Source: an uncultured delta proteobacterium
Lineage (GTDB): Bacteria; Desulfobacterota; RBG-13-43-22
Assembly: GCA_963711835.1 (NCBI GenBank)
Contig: CAVQFQ010000005.1
Coordinates: forward strand, 64,001-128,000
Direction of reading: 5' to 3'
Length of the DNA stretch: 64,000 nt
Below the pieces are notes generated by a model that was given only the letters and a program-made list of their open reading frames with translations, did not search any database and was not told the DNA's origin. Each line of letters begins with the position of its first letter. Within the stretch, counting starts at the first letter, position 1. Positions 1 to 10,560 of the stretch are shown in pieces. A program made the position numbers and the translations under genes.

Positions 1-2
1 TC

Positions 3-302
3 TCGGTCCTGATTGAGGCAACGAATCCGGCGCAGGGCCGGCTCCGAGGCCGCACTTCGGAAGAACTCGTGACGCTCGGAATGGATAGATTCTACGTCCT
101 TGCTTCCGGCCGCCACAAGCTTTCGGTGCCTTTCCCCGAAAGCGGGTGGCCTCTGGCGAAGCGGGTAGCGCGGCATCTCGCGGGAGTCGCCGAATACGCC
201 GGCAGCCTTGGCGACCTGTTTCCCGATAGGCCGGTCGAACTGGTCGATGTACCAGAATACGAAGCCGTTGTCGCAAATGGATTCGGAAGATACCTGAGGT
301 GA
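3..302 (+). CDS. C-terminal part of a succinylglutamate desuccinylase/aspartoacylase-family deacylase (truncated by window start)
   Basis: Frame open from position 3: SVLIEATNPAQGRLRGRT...RVARHL, resembling the C-terminus of deacylases in DUF6305/TRAP/GGT clusters. Confidence 0.6.
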   Translation, partial: SVLIEATNPAQGRLRGRTSEELVTLGMDRFYVLASGRHKLSVPFPESGWPLAKRVARHLAGVAEYAGSLGDLFPDRPVELVDVPEYEAVVANGFGRYLR

Positions 303-305
303 TCA

Positions 306-2000
306 ATGCACAATCGAAAAAACCTGAATCGTAACGGCACGCTGTTCCATGGGAGCGCCCCTCTCTGGCTTCTCTGCGCCGCGATCCTTGTGGTCTTCAG
401 CGCATCTGCCTTCGCACCCGCGGATCAGGGCACGACCAGGAATGTCCAGGTTGTGGCCGAAAACGGCATGGTCGCCTCGGCTCATGCCCTGGCATCGCAG
501 GCCGGCGTGGAAATCATGAAGGCGGGAGGCAACGCAATTGACGGCGCGGTCGCCGCGGGATTCGCCATCGGTGTCGTGGAACCGAATGCGAACGGCATCG
601 GTGGCGAGGGCGTGATCGTTATCTACAAGGCGGATAAAAAGACGGCGATTGCCGTTGACTACCGATCCGCGGCGCCTGCGGCGGCAAAATTCGCATCTGC
701 AATTCCATCAACCGGCCATGCCGCGGTCGCGATTCCTGGGACGGTTGCCGGGCTGACGGCTGCTCTTCAGCAGTACGGCACGATGAAACTCGACAGGGTG
801 CTGGCGCCCGCAATCAGGCTGGCCGAACAGGGATTCACGATCAGCCCGACCCTTGCCGGCGCGATCTCCGATAATTTCGAGGAGATCATGAAAAACGACT
901 CGTTGGCCTCCATTGTCTGTCCGGAAGGACTCCCGCTCGAAGCGGGCGCGACTCTGAAAAATCCCAACCTCGCCCGCAGCCTGCGCAAAATCGCTGCAGG
1001 AGGCCCGGATGTGTTTTACCGGGGCGAACTGGCCGAGGCCATCACGACGGAAATGGCGGCGCGCGGCGGCTTCATTGCCAAATCGGACCTGGCGGATTAC
1101 CGGGCCATAAGCCGTGAACCCGTGCGCGGAACCTATCGCGACTGCTCGCTTATTTCGGCGCCGCCTCCGGTCGGCGGAACTTCGGTTATCGAAATCCTGC
1201 AGATCCTGGACCACTTCGATCTTGCCAGGAATCCGCCTTTTTCGGCGGCCAACGTGCATCTGATGGCCGAAGCCATGAAAAGGGGCTTTTCCGATTTCAG
1301 CGCCTACATCGCCGATCCAGGTTTCGTAAAGGTACCTTTACCCGGCCTGCTCTCCCGGTCTTATGCGAAAGCGAGGGCAGCGGAAATTCAACCGGGCATG
1401 ATCACTCCAAAAATCACGGCCGGAGAACCGGATAAACCCGGAAGCGGCAGCACGACCTCCCTTTGTGCCATCGACAGGCAGGGCAATGTGGTCGCGATCA
1501 CGCAGACGATCTCCGATTTCTTCGGCGCGAAGGTTGCGATCGCAGGCACCGGAATTATCCTGAACAATGAAATGAAGAACTTTTCATCCAGGGGCATCAA
1601 CGCGATGGCGCCGGGAAAGAGAATGCGGACTACGATCGCCCCGACAATCCTGCTCAGAGACGGAAAGCCGTTGGCGGCAATCGGCACCCCGGGGGCCGCC
1701 CGCATCATCTCCACCATGGTGATCCTGATCTCCAACCTGATCGATCACAAGATGGGGATCCAGGAAGCCATCGAGGCGCCGAGATTCTACGCCCGCGACA
1801 CTGATAAATCGCTATATGTGGAAACCCGATTGCCGCAGGAGACTTTGGCCGAACTGACCAAGCTTGGTTATGCAATCCAGAAACAGGGCGAGTATGATCT
1901 GTTTTTTGGCGGCGCGCAGGGGATTGTCATCGATCCCGCGACCGGGAAGAAGATCGGAGGCGCGGACCCACGCCGGGACGGTGTTGTGGCGGGATTCTGA
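306..2000 (+). CDS. ggt: Secreted gamma-glutamyltransferase-family Ntn hydrolase
   Basis: GGNAIDGAVA, EPNANGIGG, AVAIPGTVAG, catalytic Thr in GSTTSL, terminal GGADPRRDG; hydrophobic N-terminal signal. Confidence 0.92.
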   Translation: MHNRKNLNRNGTLFHGSAPLWLLCAAILVVFSASAFAPADQGTTRNVQVVAENGMVASAHALASQAGVEIMKAGGNAIDGAVAAGFAIGVVEPNANGIGGEGVIVIYKADKKTAIAVDYRSAAPAAAKFASAIPSTGHAAVAIPGTVAGLTAALQQYGTMKLDRVLAPAIRLAEQGFTISPTLAGAISDNFEEIMKNDSLASIVCPEGLPLEAGATLKNPNLARSLRKIAAGGPDVFYRGELAEAITTEMAARGGFIAKSDLADYRAISREPVRGTYRDCSLISAPPPVGGTSVIEILQILDHFDLARNPPFSAANVHLMAEAMKRGFSDFSAYIADPGFVKVPLPGLLSRSYAKARAAEIQPGMITPKITAGEPDKPGSGSTTSLCAIDRQGNVVAITQTISDFFGAKVAIAGTGIILNNEMKNFSSRGINAMAPGKRMRTTIAPTILLRDGKPLAAIGTPGAARIISTMVILISNLIDHKMGIQEAIEAPRFYARDTDKSLYVETRLPQETLAELTKLGYAIQKQGEYDLFFGGAQGIVIDPATGKKIGGADPRRDGVVAGF

Positions 2001-2074
2001 CTCGCCGCCGGCCGCGATCGTGAGACGCGGTAATCATGAATAGACGAATCGGCATTTCCGAAGGGACGCTTTCT

Positions 2075-2626
2075 ATGCATGGATTCCACAGACTGTTTTT
2101 TCTTATTGTCGTGATCTCGCTGGTGCCGGCGGCCGGTACCGCCCAGAACTTTTCAACGCCGGGATTGATCACCTCGATCGGCCAGAGTTCGGATCTGGCC
2201 ATTGTCAAGGCTCTGCTCAATACCAGGCTGAAGCTTGGTTTCGAAGTGAACGCGCTCGCCAAGACACCTGATCTCGGTAATGCCAAAACGCTCATCATGG
2301 TCATGGGCGCCAGCACCAAAGGCCTGGGCAGCGCGGGTATCAACATGGATCAGGAAATGGAGCGCACGAAGGCATTGCTGAAAGCCGCAAAGGAAAAAGG
2401 CATTCGCATTCTGACCATGCATGTCGGCGGGGAAGCGCGGCGCGGAAAATCCAGCAACGACCTGATCGAGGTTGTCGTCCCGGAATCGAATCACGTCGTC
2501 GTCGTGGCCGCAGGCAACAAGGACAAGTTGTTCAACACGCTTGCATCCAGGCGCAACATCCCGGTCATCGAGGCGGCGAACCTGGCGAGTGCGGGAGACG
2601 TCGTCAAGTCCCTCTTCGGCAGATAG
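2075..2626 (+). CDS. Secreted DUF6305-like protein
   Basis: Signal peptide; LITSIGQS, GASTKGLGSAGI, HVGGEARRG motifs; cluster context. Confidence 0.7.
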   Translation: MHGFHRLFFLIVVISLVPAAGTAQNFSTPGLITSIGQSSDLAIVKALLNTRLKLGFEVNALAKTPDLGNAKTLIMVMGASTKGLGSAGINMDQEMERTKALLKAAKEKGIRILTMHVGGEARRGKSSNDLIEVVVPESNHVVVVAAGNKDKLFNTLASRRNIPVIEAANLASAGDVVKSLFGR

Positions 2627-2643
2627 TTCGGTTGTGTTTCGCA

Positions 2644-3967
2644 ATGGTCAATCCGATGGGATCGCTGGCCGGCAACTGGGCGGAACCGCTGACGTTCGGC
2701 CTGATGCTGGCATGCTTCGGGCTGCTTGCGACCATCACGCGCTGGCCGATCGGCCTGGCGCTCCTGATTGCCGCCTGGCTGGGAGCTGCCGTCAACGGCG
2801 AATTTCTTCCGCTCCGGCATCTGGTCGAAGGCGGCTTTTCCTACATCGACCCGATCCTGGTGATCGCATCGGCGATGATTTTCATGCGCATTCTCGCTGA
2901 TGGAGGGGCTTTAAACGCCATCGGCCAGGCCGTTGAGCGGCGCTTCGGGGCACGTCCCTGGTTGCTGCTCCCCGTCCTGATGCTGATCGTGATGTTTCCC
3001 GGAATGATCACGGGGTCCTCGACCGCGTCGGTCATCACCACAGGCGCGATGGCCGCCTCCATCACGTCAGGCCTGGGACTCTCGCGCGAGCGCACGGCCG
3101 CGATCATAGCACTCGGTGGCGTGCTGGGCATGGTTGCGCCCCCGGTGAATATTCCCGCCATGATCATCGGGGGCGGCATTGATCTGCCCTATTCGGGATT
3201 CGACGCCCCGCTCGCAATCGCTTCGTTTCCGCTCGCAATTGTCATTGTGTACGCCCTTGCCTGGCCGGTCCTGCGCCGCCGTGGGATGAACGGTCGGATT
3301 TCAGGAAAATCCGTCGTCGTCGCGGATGAGCCGCCGCACACCCGGAAGGTTTCGCTGGTGCGTGCGCTTGCGGCGCCTGCGGCTGCAGGTCTGCTGATGC
3401 TGGCTCCTCGCCTGGATCCCCATCGCCTGCCGGACTTGGGGCTTCCCTTGATGTTTCTGGCCGCCGCCATTCTCGCGGTCGCGCTTCTTCCGAAGTTCCG
3501 GGTTTTTCCTTCAATGCTTCAGGCCACGGAAGAAGCTCTCCCCGTGCTGGGGATTCTCTGCGGAGTAGGCGCATTCATCCAGGTCATGACTCTGACCGGA
3601 GCCCGCGGGTGGCTGGTCTCCTTGATGACCGGGGCTCCGCCCTGGGCGCTCTATGCCTCGGCAGGCATCAGCATCCCGCTCTTCGGAGCCGTCTCCGCGT
3701 TCGGATCGGCCTCAGTCCTTGGAGTGCCTTTTCTGCTTGCTCTGCTTGGCCGTGATGAGACTGTCACGACAGCCGCGCTTTCGCCTGGCAGGATTGGGCG
3801 ATCTGATGCTCCCGGCGGCGTTGGCTGCCACTCTTGCATCTCAGGTCGCGGGGGTGCGGGATCGCATGCGGGTGCTGCGCCTGTGCGTTATTCCGGCGCT
3901 GTTGATCGTTGCCTTTGCAATCATAATGCTGATTTATGCTCCCGTTCTAGGGAGATGGCTGAGATAG
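2644..3967 (+). CDS. TRAP/IT-superfamily large permease (frameshift near 3783)
   Basis: Polytopic membrane protein with GMVAPPVNIPAMII; hydrophobic C-terminus (GDLMLPAALAA) continues in ORF 3653..3967. Confidence 0.75.
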
Positions 3968-4034
3968 AAGCTGAACTGAAATCGGCTCCGGGGAGGTCAT
4001 TCCCTCCGGCTGACGGCCCCGGCCAGGATCGAGG

Positions 4035-4185
4035 ATGAAGACGATGCTGCCAGTCTGTCGGTCTGACCGGATTGATCGCCACGCTTGTTGCCGCGGTGAC
4101 CGTGCGCGAGCGCAACCTCGGGCGCCAGATTACCGGCGGTACGGTCCTCGTCCTGCTTCTATTGCGGTTATTTCTGGTAAAGTGA
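4035..4185 (+). CDS. Small two-helix membrane protein (one frameshift near 4055)
   Basis: ATG after GAGG; shifted frame reads LTGLIATLVAAVTVRERNLGRQITGGTVLVLLLLRLFLVK*; absent from ORF track. Confidence 0.45.
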
Positions 4186-4210
4186 AACCTGCAAGGAACT
4201 GGATGGTTCT

Positions 4211-5100
4211 ATGAAGATCGTTCGATGGTGGCCGTATACGGTTCTACTGTGTTTCTGGTATTTTTGCAGCGCCATGGCTCAGGAGCTTACGCATGACGTC
4301 CGGCCGGGATCCGGAGTGACCTCGGTAAAGCGCCTGTCGGACTATTTTCCTTCTCTGGCAAAGACGCCTGGCGACACCGCTGTATACGTCATGGATGGTG
4401 ATCAGAAAGGTGGAACCGTCTTTGTCGCCGCCGGTACCCACGGCAACGAAATTGCCGGGATCATGGCCGCAACGGTGCTGGTCGAGCACGCGCGAGTGAG
4501 CAAGGGACGGCTGATCGTAGTCCCACACGCGAACAACTCGGCCGTGAGCTATGTCGATCCAAAAAGGCAGGGCCCATCCTCGATCACTCTCGAAACCTCG
4601 AGCGGCAAACGGGAATTCAGATATGGCTCGCGCCTCACAAAACCGGAGCACCAGGGTGAAGGCGACCCGCCGGAGTACCGCCACCCGAATTCCAGCGAGG
4701 AGCTTGATGGCTCGGAAGCGCGCGACCTCGACCGCGCATATCCCGGAAAAGCCGAAGGGGAATCTCACCGAGAGAGTTGCTTACGCCATCCTTCAGCTTC
4801 TCAAGAAGGAGTCGGTGAACATCGCGTTTGGCCTCCCACGAATCCGGCCCTGATTCGCACCTGGCCTGGATGGTAGTGGCAAATCCAAAGAACATCGATG
4901 TGGCCGCCGCCGCGATCCTCAGCCTGGACGAGGCAGGAATTTCGATGAAGCTCGAGCCCTCCTCGGATTTCGTTTCGGGGACTGTCACACCGGGAATGGG
5001 GAGATGCAACCAAGGCGCAGGCATTCCTGTTAGACGCCAAACCCGGGTATGGGAGAAAAAGACAGGGCGTGGACCTCGGTGAATGACGCGAGGTTCCCTC
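4211..5100 (+). CDS. Secreted succinylglutamate desuccinylase/aspartoacylase (M14-like) deacylase, multiply frameshifted and degraded at 3' end
   Basis: Zn motif GTHGNE, RDLDRAYPG, then LTERVAYAI and HESGP in shifted frames. Confidence 0.75.
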
Positions 5101-5811
5101 TTGCCAGGCGGGTCGGCGTGCATCTGTCGACGCTGCTTGCCATTCTTGAGTCTTACAATGAAGGAGCAGCAACATCATCGGTTAAACTGTGGGATGTCCG
5201 GGATTGACGCAGGTGCTGGAGGATGGGGTCGGCCGGTTCCTGAAATGAGGGAAGCATCCCGGGTCGACAGATTGTAAAGGCAGGGCAGCCACACCGGTGG
5301 CTTATTGGTCTGAACTATGGTCCCTGACATCGGTCAAGTCGTGAAAAAGCTGGCGGCAGGCGATGCGTCAAGCCTGGACAAGAGCATCGTGGAAAGGATT
5401 CCCACGTGGGTATCGCGGTTTAATATCCTACGTGACGGCAATGACTTGTGGCTTTACTGCGAACCACTGCAACGTTTGACGATGGCACTGTGAACAGCCA
5501 GTTGACCTGCCGAATTCCATCCGGACGGTACCTGGTCGACACTTTCGATACGCGCTCGCTTATCTGCATCAGCCGTGAATCGGCTGCCGGCGGGCTCATG
5601 GTGGTGGGAGTGAGTTACACCGGCAATCCGGTGCTCCTGTGGATCCGGCCGATCGGGGGGCAGGCCGGGCCAGGGACCCGGACTGAAGGGCAAATCTAGC
5701 CTTTCTTACGCAACTCCTCTTCTGTGCGCAGATCGTTGACAAACCCAAAATACAGCGCCGACACCCGAGCAATCGATTCAGCCAGCTGTTTGTCCATTTG
5801 CGTCTGTCCGC

Positions 5812-6117
5812 ATGGTGGAGTTCCCGCCCGATGCCAATCGGCCGCAGGGCGGCGACAGCCGCGAGGGCTTCGAAGCCATCGGCGCCGGCCACGTCAAGGA
5901 CGCCGCCCACTCCGACCCGATGATGCACAGGACCGCGACCGTCGACTACGCGGTCGTGGTCAAGGGCGAAATCTGCGCGGTCATGGAAAAAGGCGAGACG
6001 CTCCTGCGAGCGGGAGATGTACTGGTGCAGCGAGGCACGAATCACTCCTGGAGCGTGCGCGGCAGGGAGCCGTGCCTGGTCGCCTTCGTTCTGGTCGACG
6101 CGGAGCCGCTGAAATGA
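5812..6117 (+). CDS. Cupin domain protein (probably 5'-truncated)
   Basis: MHRTATVDY...VQRGTNHSW cupin motifs. Confidence 0.8.
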   Translation: MVEFPPDANRPQGGDSREGFEAIGAGHVKDAAHSDPMMHRTATVDYAVVVKGEICAVMEKGETLLRAGDVLVQRGTNHSWSVRGREPCLVAFVLVDAEPLK

Positions 6118-6535
6118 AGAAATCCCCCGTCGGCGTCATCGGCCTGGGCATCATGGGCTCGGCGATGTCGGCCAACCTGGCGAGGAGGAGCTTCAAGGTC
6201 CGCGGCTACGACATCGCGGCCAGGGCGAAGAGCGCCCTCAAGCGCGCCGGCGGCTTGCCGGTGGATTCGATTTCCGAGATCAAAGCCGGAATCATCATCA
6301 CGTCGCTGCCGAGCGCTGCGGCGCTGCATTCCGTCTGCAAGGAATTGAACGGCAAAGGCGCCATCGTCATCGAGACCAGCACCTTGCCGATCGAGGAAAA
6401 GATGAAGGCGCGCGACACGCTGAAGAGGAAGGGCATCACCCTCCTCGACTGCCCGCTCTCCGGCACCGGCGCGCAGGCGAAGGTCGGCGACCTGGTGGTG
6501 TTCGGTAGCGGTGACAGGAATGCTTTTTCAAAGGT
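6114..6535 (+). pseudogene. N-terminal part of a beta-hydroxyacid dehydrogenase (3-hydroxyisobutyrate/6PGDH family)
   Basis: GVIGLGIMGSAM Rossmann motif, LDCPLSG; ATGA overlap with the cupin; breaks off before the catalytic Lys region. Confidence 0.75.
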
Positions 6536-7859
6536 GAGAATTGTTTTCAGCCGGGAGGGCTACCGCATTCTGTCCGCCGCCAGCGGGACGGAGGCCCTGG
6601 AAATTTTTCGGAAAGAAACCTTTCCGGTTGTCCTGACCGATATCCGCATGCGCCCTATGGATGGTTTGGCCCTGCTGAAAGCCATCAAGAGCCTCCAGCC
6701 CCAAACCGAGGTTATCATGATCTCGGCCTATGCCAGTCCCGAGACAGCGGTAGAGGCCATGAACGAGGGGGCCTACGATTTCTTTCCCAAGCCCTTCGAC
6801 AACCAGGAATTGAAGGCCGTTATTCAAAACGCCCTGACCCGTTATTACGGCCAACCGGATGGGACAGTAGAAACCCCTGCCCTGCCCACCAGCAGACGGC
6901 CCATCATCGGAAATAGTCCCCAGATGAAGCGGGTTTATGATTTAATTTTGAAGGCTTCCCAGGTAATCAGCAATGTCCTGATCACCGGGGAAAGCGGTAC
7001 GGGAAAGGAATTGGTGGCCCGGTCCATTCACGAAAACGGCCCGCGCCAGGACAAGCCCTTCGTGACCATATCTTGCGCCGGGATCCCGGAATCGTTGGTT
7101 GAAAGCGAACTCTTCGGTTATCGCAAAGGGGCCTTTACCGGCGCCTTGACCCATAAAACCGGCCTGGTGGAAACCGCCAATAAGGGGACTCTTTTCCTTG
7201 ACGAGATCGGCGAATTGTCCGCCATCATGCAGGTCAAGCTCCTCAGACTGGTCCAGGAAAGGACCTTCATCCCCTTGGGCGATACCCGGGAGCAATCCGT
7301 AGATGTCCGGTTTATCCTGGCCACCAATCGGGACCTTGAAAAAGAGGTCATGGAGGGGCGCTTCCGCTACGACCTTTATTACCGCATTAATGTCATCACC
7401 ATCCCCTTACCGCCTCTCCGGGAACGCGCTGAGGATATTCCTTTGCTGGCCCATCATTTCATGGAGAAGTATTCCAGGCTGTTGGGTAAGGAGATCCGAA
7501 AGATCTCCTCCTATGCCTTTAAGATCCTTTCCCAATACCATTTTCCCGGGAATGTCAGGGAGCTGGAAAATATTATTGAGCGGTCGGTGGCCATGGAGCG
7601 CTCCACCATCATTCTGCCGGAGAGTCTGGCCCTGGCCCATTATAAAGACGTCCCGGCCGCTCCGAAAGAAGGCCCGGTTTTTACCCTTCCCGGGGAGGGC
7701 ATGGACCTGGACCAAACCCTTGACCAGGTGGAAAAAAATTTACTTCTCCAGGCCTTGCAAAAAACCATGGGGAACAAACAGCGGGCCGCCGATTTATTAA
7801 AGATCAACCTGCGATCTCTTCGTTATCGCTTGCTGAAGCACGGCCTGGATGCCGAATAG
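6536..7859 (+). CDS. Sigma54-dependent response regulator (NtrC/PilR-like), first ~15 residues missing
   Basis: Receiver LTDIRM...MDG, Walker A GESGTGKE, GAFTGA, LDEIGEL, Fis-type HTH. Confidence 0.9.
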
Positions 7860-7877
7860 ATGCTTTTACAGCCAATT

Positions 7878-8048
7878 TTGAAAATTTATCTCACCCTTTC
7901 AACTTTCAGGTATTAGGGGGTCTTATTTTTGTTGATTAGGAGCAGGGCATTCATCCCGCCGAGGCGGGACTCATGGCCAAGGGGTGGACAACTCAAAAAA
8001 CAAGACCCCCTAATACCAAATTTAACAAGAGGGAGAGAAAAATTTCAA
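7878..8048. repeat. Nested palindromic element copy A (frame in minus orientation, internally shortened core 7909..8017)
   Basis: Arms GGTATTAGGGGGTCTT / AAGACCCCCTAATACC; core GCAGGGCATTCA...GGTGGACAAC shared with copies at 12874, 51564, 60433. Confidence 0.85.
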
Positions 8049-8065
8049 ATCTCTTTGGTTAGGCT

Positions 8066-8632
8066 TTGATACGGAAAAATCACAAAATTATTTGGGTCGT
8101 CCTGGCGGTTGGAGCAGCCTTTGCTTTGGGCCTGGGCTGGCATTGGGTCCAGGGGACCCCTTATTTTTCCCTCTATAAAATCGGGGCCGGTTTAAAGAAT
8201 CGGGATGTCAACGGCTTTCTGACCTATGTGGATCTGGAAGCGATTCTAAGCCGGCAGGCCTCGGAATCCCTATCCGACTTATTAAAATCAATCCCCTCTT
8301 CCAACCCGATCAGTCAATGGATCGCCCCCCTGGGAGAAATCAAGATCCAGCTCTCTCCGGAAACCAATCAGGGCCTGAGCCGGCTGGCCATCCAAACCTT
8401 GCGGGAGTACCTTGAAAATCATGAAAATCCAACCCTGCCCTCCTCGTTCGGGGTTCTTTTTATCGCCCGAGTAAAGGCCAAGGGAGATTATGCCTTGGTG
8501 ACCTTGAAAATGGACCGGGATCAACTTCGGATGGGACTGCGAAAAAACGCCGGAATTTGGCGGGTGGTGGAACTCAATCCGGAAGACACCCAGCGTTTTA
8601 TCAAGACTTATCTGTTGCCCTCCAAATCATAG
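8066..8632 (+). CDS. DUF2939-like membrane-anchored protein
   Basis: N-terminal TM followed by TPYFSLY...YVD; C-terminal WRVVEL. Confidence 0.6.
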   Translation: MIRKNHKIIWVVLAVGAAFALGLGWHWVQGTPYFSLYKIGAGLKNRDVNGFLTYVDLEAILSRQASESLSDLLKSIPSSNPISQWIAPLGEIKIQLSPETNQGLSRLAIQTLREYLENHENPTLPSSFGVLFIARVKAKGDYALVTLKMDRDQLRMGLRKNAGIWRVVELNPEDTQRFIKTYLLPSKS

Positions 8633-8744
8633 ACCAGCGCCCCAAATTGCCCTTGACAGATTCGGCTAAAAACTGCTTTAATAACCAAGAGACAGGTTTA
8701 TAGTGACCTATTCATTGGTTTGGAAGAACGAAAAGAGGTTTTAG

Positions 8745-9906
8745 ATGAGCAAGACCATAGCTGAAATTAATGAAAAACTCAAAAAAGGCAAAGCCGTCGT
8801 CGTGACGGCTGAGGAGATTATTGAACTGACCCGGAAAAAAGGGGTTAAAAAAGTGGCCCAGGAGGTTGATGTGGTTACGACCGGGACTTTTTCTCCCATG
8901 TGTTCCTCCGGGGCCTACCTCAATATCAAACAGCCCCAGCAAAAAATGAAGTTGGGCGGCGGCCGGGCCACCTTAAACGGGGTTCCCGTCTATACCGGTT
9001 TTGCAGCCGCCGATGTCTATATTGGGGCTGCCGCCCTGCCCGACGACGACCCCAGAAATGCCGTTTATCCGGGCCAATTTCTCTATGGGGGCGCCCAGGT
9101 CATAGAAGAGTTGGTCGCCGGGAAAAAGGTGCTCTTGACGGCTACGGCCTACGGGACAGACTGCTATCCCCTGAAAAAGCGTGAGACGGTTTTAACCCTT
9201 AAGGACCTTAATGACGCTGTTCTTTTTAACCCCCGCAACGGGTATCAGAATTATAACGTGGCGGTCAACCTGTCCGACAAGGTCATTTATACCTATATGG
9301 GGGTATTGCGTCCCCGAATGGGCAATGCCAATTACTGCAGTGCCGGCCAGCTTTCGCCCTTGCTGAACGACCCCATCTACCGAACCATCGGTATAGGCAC
9401 TAAGATTTTTTTAGGGGGGGGGGATCGGCTATGTCTGCTGGCACGGCACCCAGCACAATCCTTCGGTTCTCAGGGGTGAGAATAAAGTGCCGCGAGGACC
9501 GGCCGGAACCCTGGCGGTTATCGGAGATTTAAAAGGAATGAGCGCCCAATGGTTGAGAGGGGTTTCGTTTACCGGATACGGAACTACGCTGGCCGTCAGC
9601 ATCGGGGTTCCCATTCCCATCCTGGATGAAGAGATGGCGGCCTTTACCAGTGTCCGGGATGAAGACCTTTGGACCAAGATCATCGACTACAGCCATGATT
9701 ATCCTCAAGGGACGGGCAAGGTTTTGGGTGAGGTTAATTATGCCGAACTGAAGTCGGGGAAAATGGTTTTTAAGAACAAAGAGATTCCCACCGGCGGTCT
9801 TTCCAGTTATTTAAAGGCCAGGGAAGTTGCCGAGACCTTAAAAAAATGGTTATTGAAGGGTAATTTCCTTTTAACCGAACCGGTGGCCCCTCTCCCCGGG
9901 GTCTGA
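8745..9906 (+). CDS. DUF39 homocysteine biosynthesis protein (MA1821-like aspartate semialdehyde sulfurtransferase), frameshift in G run 9414..9423
   Basis: KTIAEINEK, DVVTTGTFSPMCSSG, YGTDCYP, NPRNGYQNY, LNDP; adjacent NIL-ferredoxin. Confidence 0.88.
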
Positions 9907-9944
9907 ACCAAGCGGAATTAAATCTGGTTTAACAGGAGTCAGCC

Positions 9945-10352
9945 ATGGCCAAGAAAAAAGTGATCCTAACCTTTCCTCCGGCTCTCATTGAAGAGCCGGT
10001 CACCTATAATTTAATCAAAAACTACGACTGCAAAATCAACATACTCAAAGCCACGGTTCGACCAAAAGAAAAAGGCCGGTTGGTTATTGAATTGAACGGC
10101 AGCCGGGAGGCGGTGGCCAAGGGACTGGGCTATTTAAAACAAATCGGGGTTCAGGTCGAACCCCTGGCCCAGGAAGTCAGATACCTGAAAGAGCGCTGCA
10201 GCCACTGCAGCGCCTGCATCCCCCACTGCCCCACGGAGGCCCTCTCGATCGACCGGGAGGACATGAGGGTTACCTTTCGCGGAGAACGATGCATCATTTG
10301 CGAGGCCTGCCTGCCGGTCTGTGCTTATAAGGCCATGGAGATCCAGTTTTAA
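9945..10352 (+). CDS. NIL domain + 2x[4Fe-4S] ferredoxin (MA1822-like)
   Basis: INILKA NIL motif, two CxxCxxCxxxC motifs. Confidence 0.9.
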   Translation: MAKKKVILTFPPALIEEPVTYNLIKNYDCKINILKATVRPKEKGRLVIELNGSREAVAKGLGYLKQIGVQVEPLAQEVRYLKERCSHCSACIPHCPTEALSIDREDMRVTFRGERCIICEACLPVCAYKAMEIQF

Positions 10353-10412
10353 CTTCTTGCCGGTTTTTTTTGGAAAATTGTTACCCATTTTACAAGAGGG
10401 ATTGGCACCATC

Positions 10413-10551
10413 AAATTCGAAGCACGAAATCCGAAACTCGAAGTAAAACCTAATTTTCAAATTCCAAAACAAATAGACAAATCGGTTTTGAACATTTACG
10501 ACTTAGAAAATTTAGATTTGTTTCGGATTTCGATATTCGGATTTCGAATTT
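10413..10551. repeat. Imperfect palindrome built of 7-nt units (CGAAATC/CGAAATT type)
   Basis: AAATTCGAAGCACGAAATCCGAAAC ... GTTTCGGATTTCGATATTCGGATTTCGAATTT between convergent genes. Confidence 0.75.
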
Positions 10552-10560
10552 AAAATCTGA

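Noticed and set aside
5724-7859. 711-aa ORF as a novel dehydrogenase-sensing sigma54 activator
   Set aside because: The N-terminal part is an off-frame reading of the cupin, both fused domains are truncated, and codon style changes at the junction
8633-8744. Possible SAM riboswitch before the homocysteine genes
   Set aside because: Leader is short and lacks recognisable SAM-I motifs; only a TTGACA promoter-like element is visible
9414-9423. G10 tract frameshifting the DUF39 gene as possible phase variation
   Set aside because: Many other single-base indels occur in the window (tag, P-type ATPase, permease, RT), so homopolymer sequencing error is more likely; reads are needed
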